Virus record (IMG/VR): IMGVR_UViG_3300008448_000033
Span: 1-64,000 of that record
From: a virus
Length of the DNA: 64,000 nt
Direction: 5' to 3' (one strand)
The position numbers and the translations under genes are program-made. The notes below the pieces were generated by a model. That model did no database searches. It was not told where the DNA came from and saw only the letters and a program-made list of their open reading frames with translations. Positions 45,621 through 55,010 of the stretch are shown piece after piece (position 1 is the stretch's first letter; every line of letters begins with the position of its first letter).

Positions 45621-45885
45621 CTCCTAAGACAACATTCTCTGATACCATAAGAAAAGTCTGACCTTCAACAGATATAGACTCAATTGTATTCGTCGGAACA
45701 ACAAGCAAATCTCCTATATTTTCTGCAAACCGTGACCCTTCTTCGGCATCCAATAGCAGCACAACCGAATGTGGATCAATCTTCATTTTATAACCTTCTG
45801 GTAGGGTTATTGAAGCAGTTTGCTTATCATTTTTGCTACTGTGCTTTTCAACAAGCATGTATTTGTTTTTTGGATATAGCTTCAT
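45604..45885 (-). CDS. groES: co-chaperonin GroES-like
   Basis: LYPKNKYMLVE...ITLPE...GDLLVV...FLMVSENVVLGV. Confidence 0.7.
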   Translation of the reverse strand: MKLYPKNKYMLVEKHSSKNDKQTASITLPEGYKMKIDPHSVVLLLDAEEGSRFAENIGDLLVVPTNTIESISVEGQTFLMVSENVVLGVVPND

Positions 45886-45894
45886 TTTTACCTC

Positions 45895-46149
45895 TTACTT
45901 TGTGATTGTGTCATAAACATGTTCTAGCTGATCAAAATCAGTATCGTCCTTCTTTAGGCGATAAGCCTTCATAACTGCTTTCATTTCTTCTTTTGAAAGC
46001 CAACCATTATCAACATAGTTCTTTCGTAGATCCTTCTTTTGATCCTTGTACGGTTCCATAGCAGCTTCAATTGTAGCAATAGCCTTAATGTAGTCCTTCA
46101 TACGCTCTTCTTTTGTCTTCTTAACTTCGCCGGTCATTACAGTCTGCAT
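45895..46149 (-). CDS. GapR / T4 DsbA-like dsDNA-binding protein
   Basis: YIKAIATIE...KDQKKDLR...MKAVMKAYRL. Confidence 0.55.
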   Translation of the reverse strand: MQTVMTGEVKKTKEERMKDYIKAIATIEAAMEPYKDQKKDLRKNYVDNGWLSKEEMKAVMKAYRLKKDDTDFDQLEHVYDTITK

Positions 46150-46166
46150 GTTTTCTCCTTTGAAAT

Positions 46167-46216
46167 AAAAACCGCTCTATGAGAGACAATCTATCATAGA
46201 GCGGTTAGGTTGTAAA
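46167..46216 (-). promoter_or_regulatory. terminator-like hairpin overlapping a sigma70-type promoter
   Basis: AACCGCTCTATGA/TCATAGAGCGGTT plus U-run; TTTACA-17-TAGATT. Confidence 0.55.
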
Positions 46217-46225
46217 GCTACTTTT

Positions 46226-48085
46226 TTACTTAACCGGACAGACTCCACCTTCGCACTCTAACGAGCTTTGAAGATTTCCGTCACCAATATCACCAACATC
46301 AATTGGTTTGATCTTGGCTGATAGCTTCTCGTATTGCTCCTTTGTGATTGTTTCTTTTGGAGCTTGTTTAAAACCATGCTCGCTGTGGCATAGGAATGAA
46401 ATAGTTTTTAGATATTTCAGGTTATCCGCTAGCCATTCTTTTAGTGCTGGTAGTTCTTCCTTGCGGTAATAAACCGTAACTGAAACAGCTTGATCGGCCC
46501 AATGTTTCTGAGCAAGTTTAACAACATCTAATTGTTTCCACGTTGTCCAATCTTCATCCGCTACTGGTGCATTATCTGGTGCTGCAACATAGAAGTCAAC
46601 AACTTGTGTATTATGATCCAGCGTACCGTCAAACCTCATTACTGGTTCCACATAATGACCGGCTTCACGCAATAATGGTAAAAGAGGATCGCCAGATCCA
46701 AAGCGGACACGCTGAATAATATAGCGGGAAAAAGCAGGGTGGACGCCTTCGTATGAATCAAAGACTTTGGAAATCGTGCCCGATGGTTTGATAACAGTTG
46801 TTCGTAGGCTTTCTGGGATTCCAAGTTCTTTGCTGTATCTTGTGTTTTCATCTTGAATAGCCTTATATGCCCTATCTAGGACTTCTGGTGTAAACAATGG
46901 AGATTGTAGACAACCTGTAATACCTGTACCAATACGACGATTACGTTTTACAACCGCATCGCATTTTGGTTGATGATATTTTTCAGTCGTTACACGTTTA
47001 CCCCAACGATGCATTAATCTAGCAGCTTCGATAAACTCTTCTTCATTTTGGAGGTTTGGAAGAGCAATTTCTTGGAGGTTGCATGGTTCTCCATCCTCAA
47101 GCGTTGCTTCAGCGCATGGATTGACTCCAATTGCTGAATCCGCTTTGAGTTCTCCCATTCTTCCAAACTTTTGTATATTAGTTCTATTAACAATACCAAA
47201 GGGTTCGCCCTCCTCGTATGTTTTCCAGAACAAAGGATGTAAATCATCTACATCATCGACGACAACAGAAAAGTTAGCCATAGCCCGCTGTGTTGGAACA
47301 TTTCCAAGATCCCAACGTTTAGCTTTTAGATATTCCTTATCCCAAGGATCTCCTAATATAATTATGGCACTACGGCGAACATTACCAGCTACAACCATTT
47401 CGCCAATAGAGCATAGAATATCTGCTGCGTCTAGAGGCTTAACCATCTTACCTTCACGAAGCTTTAGGATAGCACATAGCTTATCGACAAAAGCAACAAG
47501 TGGTTTTGGACCACTGCTTGTTCCACCGAAACCGTGAATTGGATCACCAGCGGGACGAATACAGATAGTTGAATAGCTAAACGATTTCCCTGAAACAAAA
47601 TATGATTCAAGGATACGACAAGTTAGTTCATTCCAGCCTTCACGACTATCCGGTACGATGAAATCTGCGTCCTTTGTATCTCTCCAAACAATATTAACGT
47701 CTTTCTTGACTCTTGGCAACTTAGAAACAAAACGATGTTCTACTGACATGCCAACACCACCACCCAACATAAGGAGGTCTTGTGCAAGAACAAAGTTTTC
47801 CCAACTATCACCGGCAACAAACCAGCAGTTATTCAGGGCAACACCACCTAGCTTTTTATGGCTAGGAGCACCAGAATACCACCAACCACGACCGGCAGGA
47901 CCAGCTTTGCGATTAGTCAAATAATATTTAAGACGAGCGATTTCTTCTTCGCTTACATTATGCCCTTGTACGTTGCCTCTGATGACACGATCAACTGTAT
48001 CGGTCCAATTCTCTAGAACACCTGTATCTTTACGCGCATAGGTACGTTTATAAACAACTTTAGCTAAGTTAGACCATTGTGACAT
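46226..48085 (-). CDS. nrdJ: class II (B12-dependent) ribonucleotide reductase, monomeric type
   Basis: KRTYAR, LNNC, GNVRRSA, NPCAE, CNL, KPSGT, C-terminal CEGGVCPVK. Confidence 0.92.
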   Translation of the reverse strand: MSQWSNLAKVVYKRTYARKDTGVLENWTDTVDRVIRGNVQGHNVSEEEIARLKYYLTNRKAGPAGRGWWYSGAPSHKKLGGVALNNCWFVAGDSWENFVLAQDLLMLGGGVGMSVEHRFVSKLPRVKKDVNIVWRDTKDADFIVPDSREGWNELTCRILESYFVSGKSFSYSTICIRPAGDPIHGFGGTSSGPKPLVAFVDKLCAILKLREGKMVKPLDAADILCSIGEMVVAGNVRRSAIIILGDPWDKEYLKAKRWDLGNVPTQRAMANFSVVVDDVDDLHPLFWKTYEEGEPFGIVNRTNIQKFGRMGELKADSAIGVNPCAEATLEDGEPCNLQEIALPNLQNEEEFIEAARLMHRWGKRVTTEKYHQPKCDAVVKRNRRIGTGITGCLQSPLFTPEVLDRAYKAIQDENTRYSKELGIPESLRTTVIKPSGTISKVFDSYEGVHPAFSRYIIQRVRFGSGDPLLPLLREAGHYVEPVMRFDGTLDHNTQVVDFYVAAPDNAPVADEDWTTWKQLDVVKLAQKHWADQAVSVTVYYRKEELPALKEWLADNLKYLKTISFLCHSEHGFKQAPKETITKEQYEKLSAKIKPIDVGDIGDGNLQSSLECEGGVCPVK

Positions 48086-48333
48086 TAGATTATCTCCTTT
48101 AATCTTACAACATTTTGTGCTCCAACAAGTCTTGATACTTCTTCATCATTCTCAATAACCATAAAAGTTGGAACGCCTGTGATAGCAAAATCGTTTGCCA
48201 TATCACGATTTTCATCAATATCCACTACTTCAAATTGAATATCAGAGTGGGATTCTTTTAACATATTAAAAACTGGTTTTGCTTGCTTGCATGGATTACA
48301 CCAGCTAGCACTAAACATGACGACTTTTTTCAT
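48085..48333 (-). CDS. thioredoxin
   Basis: SASWCNPCK, GVPTF. Confidence 0.9.
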   Translation of the reverse strand: MKKVVMFSASWCNPCKQAKPVFNMLKESHSDIQFEVVDIDENRDMANDFAITGVPTFMVIENDEEVSRLVGAQNVVRLKEII

Positions 48334-49736
48334 GAAACTTTCTTCTCCTTTTTTTGTTTCAAATATTTTTCTTTCAATGCCTTCTCTTGGTCTTTCGCGG
48401 ATTTTACCAAAATATCCGTAACACTTTCAGTAGTTTGTTGCAGAACTTTTATGCTTACGTTTGATGTATCCATGAAAATTGGGAATACTAATCCATCAGG
48501 TCCATTTCTGTTCTTAGCAACATAAAAACGTCCTTCGTTTGTATTTTTATCTTTTATTGTTCTTGAAACTGTAAAGATAAAGTCTGCAACGAAACATTTA
48601 TTGAAGGCTTCAGAAATGCTCTCCATTGTAATAACTTCTGCATTAAGACCGCTTCTGTTTGTTTGTGAAGCTGTCCATACAGGGCATCCAAATGTTTGAG
48701 CAATAGCACGAAGCTCTTCATAGATAGTCTCCAATTCGTTACGCTTTTCTTTCTGTGCGCTGATTGGTTTAATTAGATCGCCATAATCCACAATGACCAT
48801 ATCAATTTTAAAATCTTTACGTCTTAATTTTTCAAGATGATTTTTGATCATATTGGTCGTTGCTGATTTAGTTGGATATTCCTTAACAATGAGCTTACCC
48901 TTAATGTCTTTGATACCATTCCAAACTTCTTCTTTGAATGTTGGTACGTCAGATAGAGGAATTCCAGTAATGCAGGAATCGTATCTAAGGGAGACAACCT
49001 TATCTTGTAGCTCTAGAGTATAGTGAACAACATTCAGACCTGCTTCCAAAGCTTTGGAACCAAGATGAACAAGTACCATGCTTTTGCCAGCACCAGTTGG
49101 TGCAATAACTACACCAAGCTCGCCTTTGCCCAAGCCACCCTTTGAAATACCGTCAATAAGCTGCCAACCAGTAGAAACTGGATTTCTAGCCAATAACTCA
49201 AATCGCTTTTCAAAATCTAGGTGATAGTCATAACCATGATTATTGTCTGTGCCAAGCTTAATTGCGTCATTAATAACTTTACTCACCTCATCGAATGATG
49301 AATTCTGTATAAGACCAACGGATTTAATCATAGCCTCTTTAAGCTTTTGCTTTTTACAAAAGTCAAGAGAAACATCCTTAATATGTTCTGCTCCTTCAAC
49401 GCTAAAATCATTGCTTTGGATACGAGCATAATAATCTCGTACCTGTTTCTGTAGCAATTCGTTTTCAAAGCCTATATCGCTTCTAAGAATAACAGTAATT
49501 GTATCTCTTGTTGGGTGAGTTCCATATTTCTTACGGTATTCAAAGACTTTTTGTGTGAATACACGAAGATATTTTAGTTCTAAAAAATTAATGTCTAGGA
49601 CTTCACTGATTTGGTCAGCAAACACCCGATCATCAAGAATCAAATTGACCAAGTTCTCTTGAAACTTGGTTCCAAACTTTGAAAAGTCCTGCTTTTCTTC
49701 GATAAATGACATTTTCTCTCCATCAACAGTTTTCAT
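48330..49736 (-). CDS. replicative DnaB/gp41-like helicase
   Basis: APTGAGKS, IVDYGDL, TASQTNR, AKNRNG. Confidence 0.92.
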   Translation of the reverse strand: MKTVDGEKMSFIEEKQDFSKFGTKFQENLVNLILDDRVFADQISEVLDINFLELKYLRVFTQKVFEYRKKYGTHPTRDTITVILRSDIGFENELLQKQVRDYYARIQSNDFSVEGAEHIKDVSLDFCKKQKLKEAMIKSVGLIQNSSFDEVSKVINDAIKLGTDNNHGYDYHLDFEKRFELLARNPVSTGWQLIDGISKGGLGKGELGVVIAPTGAGKSMVLVHLGSKALEAGLNVVHYTLELQDKVVSLRYDSCITGIPLSDVPTFKEEVWNGIKDIKGKLIVKEYPTKSATTNMIKNHLEKLRRKDFKIDMVIVDYGDLIKPISAQKEKRNELETIYEELRAIAQTFGCPVWTASQTNRSGLNAEVITMESISEAFNKCFVADFIFTVSRTIKDKNTNEGRFYVAKNRNGPDGLVFPIFMDTSNVSIKVLQQTTESVTDILVKSAKDQEKALKEKYLKQKKEKKVS

Positions 49737-50709
49737 TCATTATCCTCTTTAGGTTCATATAAAGCTCTTCAAAGTTACTCTCGCCAAAGCCATCTGTCAA
49801 CATCATTTTTTGTATTTCAATTTTGTTGAAAGTGCATTCACTATTTTCTAGAGCATAATTTATTTTATGTACATCTTGAATAGATAAATTTGAAGAATAC
49901 AGTTGCATTAAACTGTAATTTAATTTGATTTTTTTTTCTTGATCTACAATATTATCAAAGGCTTTTGCTTTTCCTTTATTTTCTCTAGAAAAAGAAATAA
50001 TGTCGTCTATGTAATAAGTTTTTTCCTCTGATAGAAATGGAAACCTTTTTGCAACAGTCGGCAAGCCTACACCGTCAACACCATCAATATTGTCCGATGT
50101 GTCTCCAGACAAAGCTCTAGCTAAACAGAAATTATTTGGGTGTATTTTATACTCTTCTAAAATTCTTTTTGTATTAAGAATCTCTTTCTGCACAGGTCTA
50201 TAAAGAATTGTATTTTTATTACACAACTGTATAAAATCTTTGTCGCTTGAGACAATAACTTTTTGATAATCTTTTAGTTCTTGCTTATAAACAAGTGCAG
50301 AAATAATGTCGTCTGCTTCAACGCCATCAAACATTAATTGTATAATTGGCATCTGATTAAGATATTCAACTAATCTTAGCATTTGCCAGACTTTATTTTT
50401 TAATTCTTCATTTTCGTCTAAATTCCTAATATTTCTGTTTAGACGTAACGGCTTACGACCATCTTTGTATTCTTTATAAGATAGTTTTTTCTTTCGTGAA
50501 CCGCCAGTTCCATCCCAACAAATAATAACTCTATTTGGATTAACTTCTCTTATAAGTTTTTGTAAAATCTTTAAAAATCCTTTAATTCCACCAATTGGTT
50601 CGCCATTATTTGATAAGCTTGGATCTACTATAAATGCTCTAAAGTAGTTATTATTACCATCAATTATTAGAAGCTTCTTCTTTTCTTGACTTGACGAGTT
50701 CTCGCTCAT
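49723..50709 (-). CDS. 5'-3' exonuclease / flap endonuclease
   Basis: IIDGNN, YKDGR, EADDII, SSDKDF, GDTSDNIDGVDGVG. Confidence 0.92.
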   Translation of the reverse strand: MSENSSSQEKKKLLIIDGNNNYFRAFIVDPSLSNNGEPIGGIKGFLKILQKLIREVNPNRVIICWDGTGGSRKKKLSYKEYKDGRKPLRLNRNIRNLDENEELKNKVWQMLRLVEYLNQMPIIQLMFDGVEADDIISALVYKQELKDYQKVIVSSDKDFIQLCNKNTILYRPVQKEILNTKRILEEYKIHPNNFCLARALSGDTSDNIDGVDGVGLPTVAKRFPFLSEEKTYYIDDIISFSRENKGKAKAFDNIVDQEKKIKLNYSLMQLYSSNLSIQDVHKINYALENSECTFNKIEIQKMMLTDGFGESNFEELYMNLKRIMNENC

Positions 50710-51076
50710 GACGCTCTACCTCTGCAACACAGCTAAATAATTCTTTAGTTGCATCGCCAATAAATGGACCGTCATAACCGCTGTTGCGGAGCCTTTTAGC
50801 AACATAGAAAAGACGGTACAAAACGTCATTATACCTGTCTAAGTCTTTAAAGTTCACAAGAAGCTTATTGTATTTTTCACGAAGTTCTTCTAGGTCTTCT
50901 GATAGCCGATCTGCCATATCTGATTCTGATTGGACGATCATGGTCATATAAGTTGCGCGTTCTTTTAGCGTAGTTGGGATTTCATCACCTTTACCATCCA
51001 CAAGACTACCAGCTTTTAAAATTTCTTTAGCCTCTTCTATTTCTGCTTTAAGCTTTTCTAATTCTGTATTAATCAT
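50660..51076 (-). CDS. hypothetical coiled-coil protein
   Basis: ORF in operon. Confidence 0.5.
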   Translation of the reverse strand: MINTELEKLKAEIEEAKEILKAGSLVDGKGDEIPTTLKERATYMTMIVQSESDMADRLSEDLEELREKYNKLLVNFKDLDRYNDVLYRLFYVAKRLRNSGYDGPFIGDATKELFSCVAEVERHERELVKSRKEEASNN

Positions 51077-51511
51077 AATTTATAGGTTCCTATGGTTTCA
51101 CTATCAACAGTATAATAAACTTTTGAAATACCACGCTCCTTAAGGATCTCATGGCACATAACACAAGGCTTGCTCATACGGTCTTCATGCTTTCCCTTGC
51201 TTGCACGGGCAACATAAACTATAGCACCTTTAGTCTGTGCGCGAGGGATATTAAGAATCGCTTTAATTTCTGCATGATAAGTAGAAAGACCCTTCTCTTC
51301 GGGACGATACTTCGCGCCAATAGAAGAATACTTCTCAGAATTAATTCCGAAGTTAATGATAGCACCGCCCCGAACAAGCACAGCGCCATGACGAAAGTTG
51401 CCATAGGTAGAACACTCTGCCATCTTCTTAGCTAACTGAAAGATACCTCCGCACGCTCTTGGAACAATCCTTCTTGCTGATTAAGGTCTGCTGGTTGTCG
51501 TTGGTCTTCAT
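51073..51511 (-). CDS. zinc-dependent cytidine/dCMP deaminase-like protein, split by a +1 frameshift at 51442-51439
   Basis: HGAVLV, HAE, PCVMC in 51073..51423; upstream frame from ATG 51511 (GGAGG SD) supplies the N-terminal helix RRYL|QLAKKMA. Confidence 0.75.
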
Positions 51512-52043
51512 TTATTGCCTCCGTTGATGATTCACTATACTGCTGAACTAATTCTTGTTCAAGTTCTTTCTTAACCGACTTTGCATCGTGATCATAAAAT
51601 TCTTTATACCATTTTTGATCTCTTGCGGTTTTTTTAGAATGACAGTTGGCACAACGGACAACACACTTCTTTATTTCTTTTTCTAAGGTTTTAACTGTGG
51701 TTCTACCAGATACCATTTTAGAAACGTCTTTGTGTTTATCACCAGTTACATGATCTAGCTGTAAAACAAATGGATCTTTTTCTCCGCAATCTATACAGGG
51801 ATGTTGAAGATAATATTTAAACACATATTTTCTTCCAATAAATCGTCTGTAATCGTCTTTTACGCGACTACAAACTTTACAAAAGTTTTTTGATTTAAAC
51901 TTTTCTCGCTCACCGATAGCATTACAATTTTTACAAGTAAACAAGATTTCTTGTTGTACTGGTCCAAACAACTCTAATTGTTCATCCATGTAAACCTCAT
52001 TAATTTTTGATACCAAACTTTTCTCTAATATCAAGTAGAGCAA
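51432..52043 (-). CDS. HNH endonuclease
   Basis: PCIDCGE...LQLDH...CVVRCANCH; start probably 51989. Confidence 0.85.
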   Translation of the reverse strand: MLYLILEKSLVSKINEVYMDEQLELFGPVQQEILFTCKNCNAIGEREKFKSKNFCKVCSRVKDDYRRFIGRKYVFKYYLQHPCIDCGEKDPFVLQLDHVTGDKHKDVSKMVSGRTTVKTLEKEIKKCVVRCANCHSKKTARDQKWYKEFYDHDAKSVKKELEQELVQQYSESSTEAINEDQRQPADLNQQEGLFQERAEVSFS

Positions 52044-52929
52044 TATTTTTCATTTTTGCTTCAATATCGACATCCACAGAATCTTCTAGCATTAGCTTTA
52101 GCTGCTCTTCAGGAATATATCTTATCATTTGCGAATGCGCTCGTTTTTGATTGTATGGAGCATTTTCCATACCAATCTCTGTATTTGAAAGATGTTGCAA
52201 TGGTTTGATATTACCCCAAGTGTTTAAAACATAAGGAAAAACTTCCAAAAAATTTTGATCATCGTTAGAAATGATATGATGATGGCTATCGAAAACAATA
52301 GGAACATTAATTTTTCTACTAATTCTAAGAAGCTGTCCAACATTATAACACCTTTCGTCATTCTCTAAGGTTAAACGATTTTTAATATTATTGGGTAGAG
52401 AAGAAAATACTTCAACAATTCTATCTTCACGATTGGCTTTACCACCGTGAATATTGATAGCATAGTAAGGAGTTTGTTCAAACCCCATAGTATCAAATAC
52501 CCAAGCGTGATATGCAAGTTCTTTAATGCTGTTCTCTACCGTACTGTCTTTATCGCTACTGATAACACAAAACTGACCGGGGTGACAAGTTACTCTGATC
52601 CCTGATTCCTTGAACTGTCTCCCAGCAAGAGCGAGGTCTGTTTTAATTTGTTCATCGTTTTTAGCAATATCTCCACAGAATTCAAATAGTGGGAATAAGC
52701 CACTTGAAAGTCTGAAAGATTTGATGTTGCATTCATTGAGACGAGGAATGATTCGCAGGATTTCCTTGACATTTCCACGATATGTTTCAAGAATTCTCTC
52801 TCTTGTGTATTTCCCATTTTTGTATGCACCTAATTGTAAAAGTTTTTCATCTATGATGTTCTCATAAATAGTAGTCCCATCGCGTTTTGTACGCGGTTCA
52901 ATCCACTGGCAGCAAAGTCCCAAGCTCAT
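52000..52929 (-). CDS. uvsE: UV damage endonuclease UvsE/UVDE
   Basis: LGLCC, FRLSS.LFP, HPGQF, INIHGG, LENDE, FDSHHH, AHS, IEAK. Confidence 0.9.
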   Translation of the reverse strand: MSLGLCCQWIEPRTKRDGTTIYENIIDEKLLQLGAYKNGKYTRERILETYRGNVKEILRIIPRLNECNIKSFRLSSGLFPLFEFCGDIAKNDEQIKTDLALAGRQFKESGIRVTCHPGQFCVISSDKDSTVENSIKELAYHAWVFDTMGFEQTPYYAINIHGGKANREDRIVEVFSSLPNNIKNRLTLENDERCYNVGQLLRISRKINVPIVFDSHHHIISNDDQNFLEVFPYVLNTWGNIKPLQHLSNTEIGMENAPYNQKRAHSQMIRYIPEEQLKLMLEDSVDVDIEAKMKNIALLDIREKFGIKN

Positions 52930-53168
52930 TAAGAATCCTTTGTGTCTAGAAGAGCGTTATCTAGTTCATACTGTACGCTATCAAGTGCTTTCTGTCTAGC
53001 TTCTTCTATTGAATCCGCTTCGCCTTTTTCTTCTACTTTTATGTGCCACCAATATTTTCCATCCTCTTTTGGTCCACCAATTATGATTTTAATTGGACCA
53101 TTATCGCCAATAATCTTTACTCTACCAGCGTGTTTTAAATCTATAGTAGTCCAATCAATTTTTGACAT
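52929..53168 (-). CDS. hypothetical protein
   Basis: ORF coupled to uvsE. Confidence 0.45.
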   Translation of the reverse strand: MSKIDWTTIDLKHAGRVKIIGDNGPIKIIIGGPKEDGKYWWHIKVEEKGEADSIEEARQKALDSVQYELDNALLDTKDS

Positions 53169-53222
53169 AAAAAAGCCCTCTTGGCAAGAATGCCAGAAGG
53201 CTTTTAAAGTGTAAAATTGTTT

Positions 53223-53570
53223 TTAAAGTTTTCCGTGATCGGGCACAGAAAATCCTGTCTTTGGAATAATTAGTTTTCCGTTTTCGTGAACAATGATACC
53301 ATCAAACATCAATTCTGACACTGCAATTTTTAATTGAGTACGGTAATCACCACCTCTTGGTTTTGCAAATGGTTTGCCGGTAGCTTGTTCATAAATATCT
53401 TGTAAATATGGCGATGGAACTGGTTTCAACTCAGCTAGATGTTCTTCACCTGATGTCCCAACAAATTTTTTATAATTCTTTTTGATGTTATCAAAAACAC
53501 CTTCTTTAATAACATGATTCTTTATTTCTTCTCTGATTATGTTTCTCAAATAACTTTCTGTAATTTTCAT
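53223..53570 (-). CDS. putative internal head protein
   Basis: MKITESYLRNIIREEI motif. Confidence 0.5.
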   Translation of the reverse strand: MKITESYLRNIIREEIKNHVIKEGVFDNIKKNYKKFVGTSGEEHLAELKPVPSPYLQDIYEQATGKPFAKPRGGDYRTQLKIAVSELMFDGIIVHENGKLIIPKTGFSVPDHGKL

Positions 53571-53594
53571 TTAATTCTCCCAAATTTTTGTAAT

Positions 53595-54191
53595 TTATTT
53601 TTTATTTTTACTTTTAACATTTTTAATTAACTTCTCAAGCTTTTCTATTCTTTCTTCTAAATCTTTTATTGATGTTTCTTTATTAAAGAGACTTGATTTT
53701 TCATTTTCTTTCCCTTCAAGCGCAGACAATCTCGCAGATAAAGAAGCAAATTTTGCGGATGCTTTAACTTGATGTGTTTTACAGTCAGTAGGTTCTTCTT
53801 TTTCTTCTTCTGGTTTAGAATCACCACTTTTACCTTTGACTTTTAATTTGCCCTTAATGAAGCTTTTAGCTAAATTCATTAGGGCGGGAGTACCAGCAGA
53901 GGATACGGCACCGGCTAAAGCACCGATTGTAGCCGTAATTGCAGTTGCGTGATCCTCTGCTGGTTGTGGCTTAGGAATTACCGGATCTGCTTTTGGTTGC
54001 TCCACAACGGCAACCATTTCTTGCACACCAGCATCCATTTTTTCTTCCTGTTTAACAATTTGTTGTTCATCGCCAAAAAAAGAAATAGAATCTAGATCTT
54101 GACGATCAGAATATTTTGATAATTCTGCAAGATCTTTTATTTCTATCTTTGTGCCATCTTTTAATGTAACTAATGCTTTTTGCTCTGCCAT
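53595..54191 (-). CDS. hypothetical protein with hydrophobic segment and coiled coil
   Basis: AITATIGALAGAV segment. Confidence 0.5.
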   Translation of the reverse strand: MAEQKALVTLKDGTKIEIKDLAELSKYSDRQDLDSISFFGDEQQIVKQEEKMDAGVQEMVAVVEQPKADPVIPKPQPAEDHATAITATIGALAGAVSSAGTPALMNLAKSFIKGKLKVKGKSGDSKPEEEKEEPTDCKTHQVKASAKFASLSARLSALEGKENEKSSLFNKETSIKDLEERIEKLEKLIKNVKSKNKK

Positions 54192-54192
54192 G

Positions 54193-54621
54193 TTATCTTA
54201 TCTCTATGATAAATTGATCTTTTTTGACACCTTTTTCTAATATATATAGTTCAGCTTCTTTTGCAAAGTCTTTTGATAGATTACCTTTATTATAAAATAT
54301 GATTTTAATATTTTTTAATTTACTATTTTTTAATAATGCAACTGCCGATGAATCAAGTATTGGTATGATTTTTTTCTTTTCTTCTGGTTCTTCTTTCTTA
54401 AAGAACTCTTTCTTTTTTGGTTTTTCAATAACTTTCTTTTCTTCTTCTTTCATTTCAAACTTAAAACAGTCAGGCATATTTGAGCATTTAAATTCTTCTG
54501 CTCTGCGATACCAAAAAAAATTAACACATCCATAGCTATCTTTTTCTACTGGTGTCCAATCGCATTCTACTGCATCGCTTTTTAAAGCTAATAAAAATAT
54601 TAATAAAAATAAACGGCGCAT
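54193..54621 (-). CDS. exported protein (signal peptide)
   Basis: MRRLFLLIFLLALK signal-like N-terminus. Confidence 0.5.
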   Translation of the reverse strand: MRRLFLLIFLLALKSDAVECDWTPVEKDSYGCVNFFWYRRAEEFKCSNMPDCFKFEMKEEEKKVIEKPKKKEFFKKEEPEEKKKIIPILDSSAVALLKNSKLKNIKIIFYNKGNLSKDFAKEAELYILEKGVKKDQFIIEIR

Positions 54622-54641
54622 GTTTGTTCTCCGTTTTAATT

Positions 54642-54935
54642 TTATTTTTTCTTTCCTTTTACAGCTTTAGCTTTTTGTTTTAAAGCTTCGGCTTTTGCTT
54701 TCGCTTCGGCTTTAGCAAGTTCAGCTTTTAATTCTAATTCTTTCATTTTTTCTTCGTGCTTTTGTTCGCTTTTCTTTTGCCAGAATTTCCAACCGGCACC
54801 ACTACCTAGCAAAACAACAACAACTAGCACAACTGCCACAACTGGATTGCCGCCAGTTAATTCTTTTAATTGTGCTAATTCGCCAGCCATAGTTTGTGGT
54901 TGAGCAACGCTTGCAACTGTTTCTGTGTTTTCCAT
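54642..54935 (-). CDS. single-TM membrane protein, possible lysis component
   Basis: PVVAVVLVVVVLLG TM followed by charged tail. Confidence 0.45.
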   Translation of the reverse strand: MENTETVASVAQPQTMAGELAQLKELTGGNPVVAVVLVVVVLLGSGAGWKFWQKKSEQKHEEKMKELELKAELAKAEAKAKAEALKQKAKAVKGKKK

Positions 54936-55010
54936 CTCCTTTCTCCCATATTATAAGACAGGACCAGAAGTAAATCTGATCCTGTCAAATAATTAGTTAA
55001 ATTTTATTAA

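Noticed and set aside
39677-48085. Inteins or introns in dnaE, thyX or nrdJ
   Set aside because: Lengths are typical, frames are continuous and no splice-junction motifs are evident.
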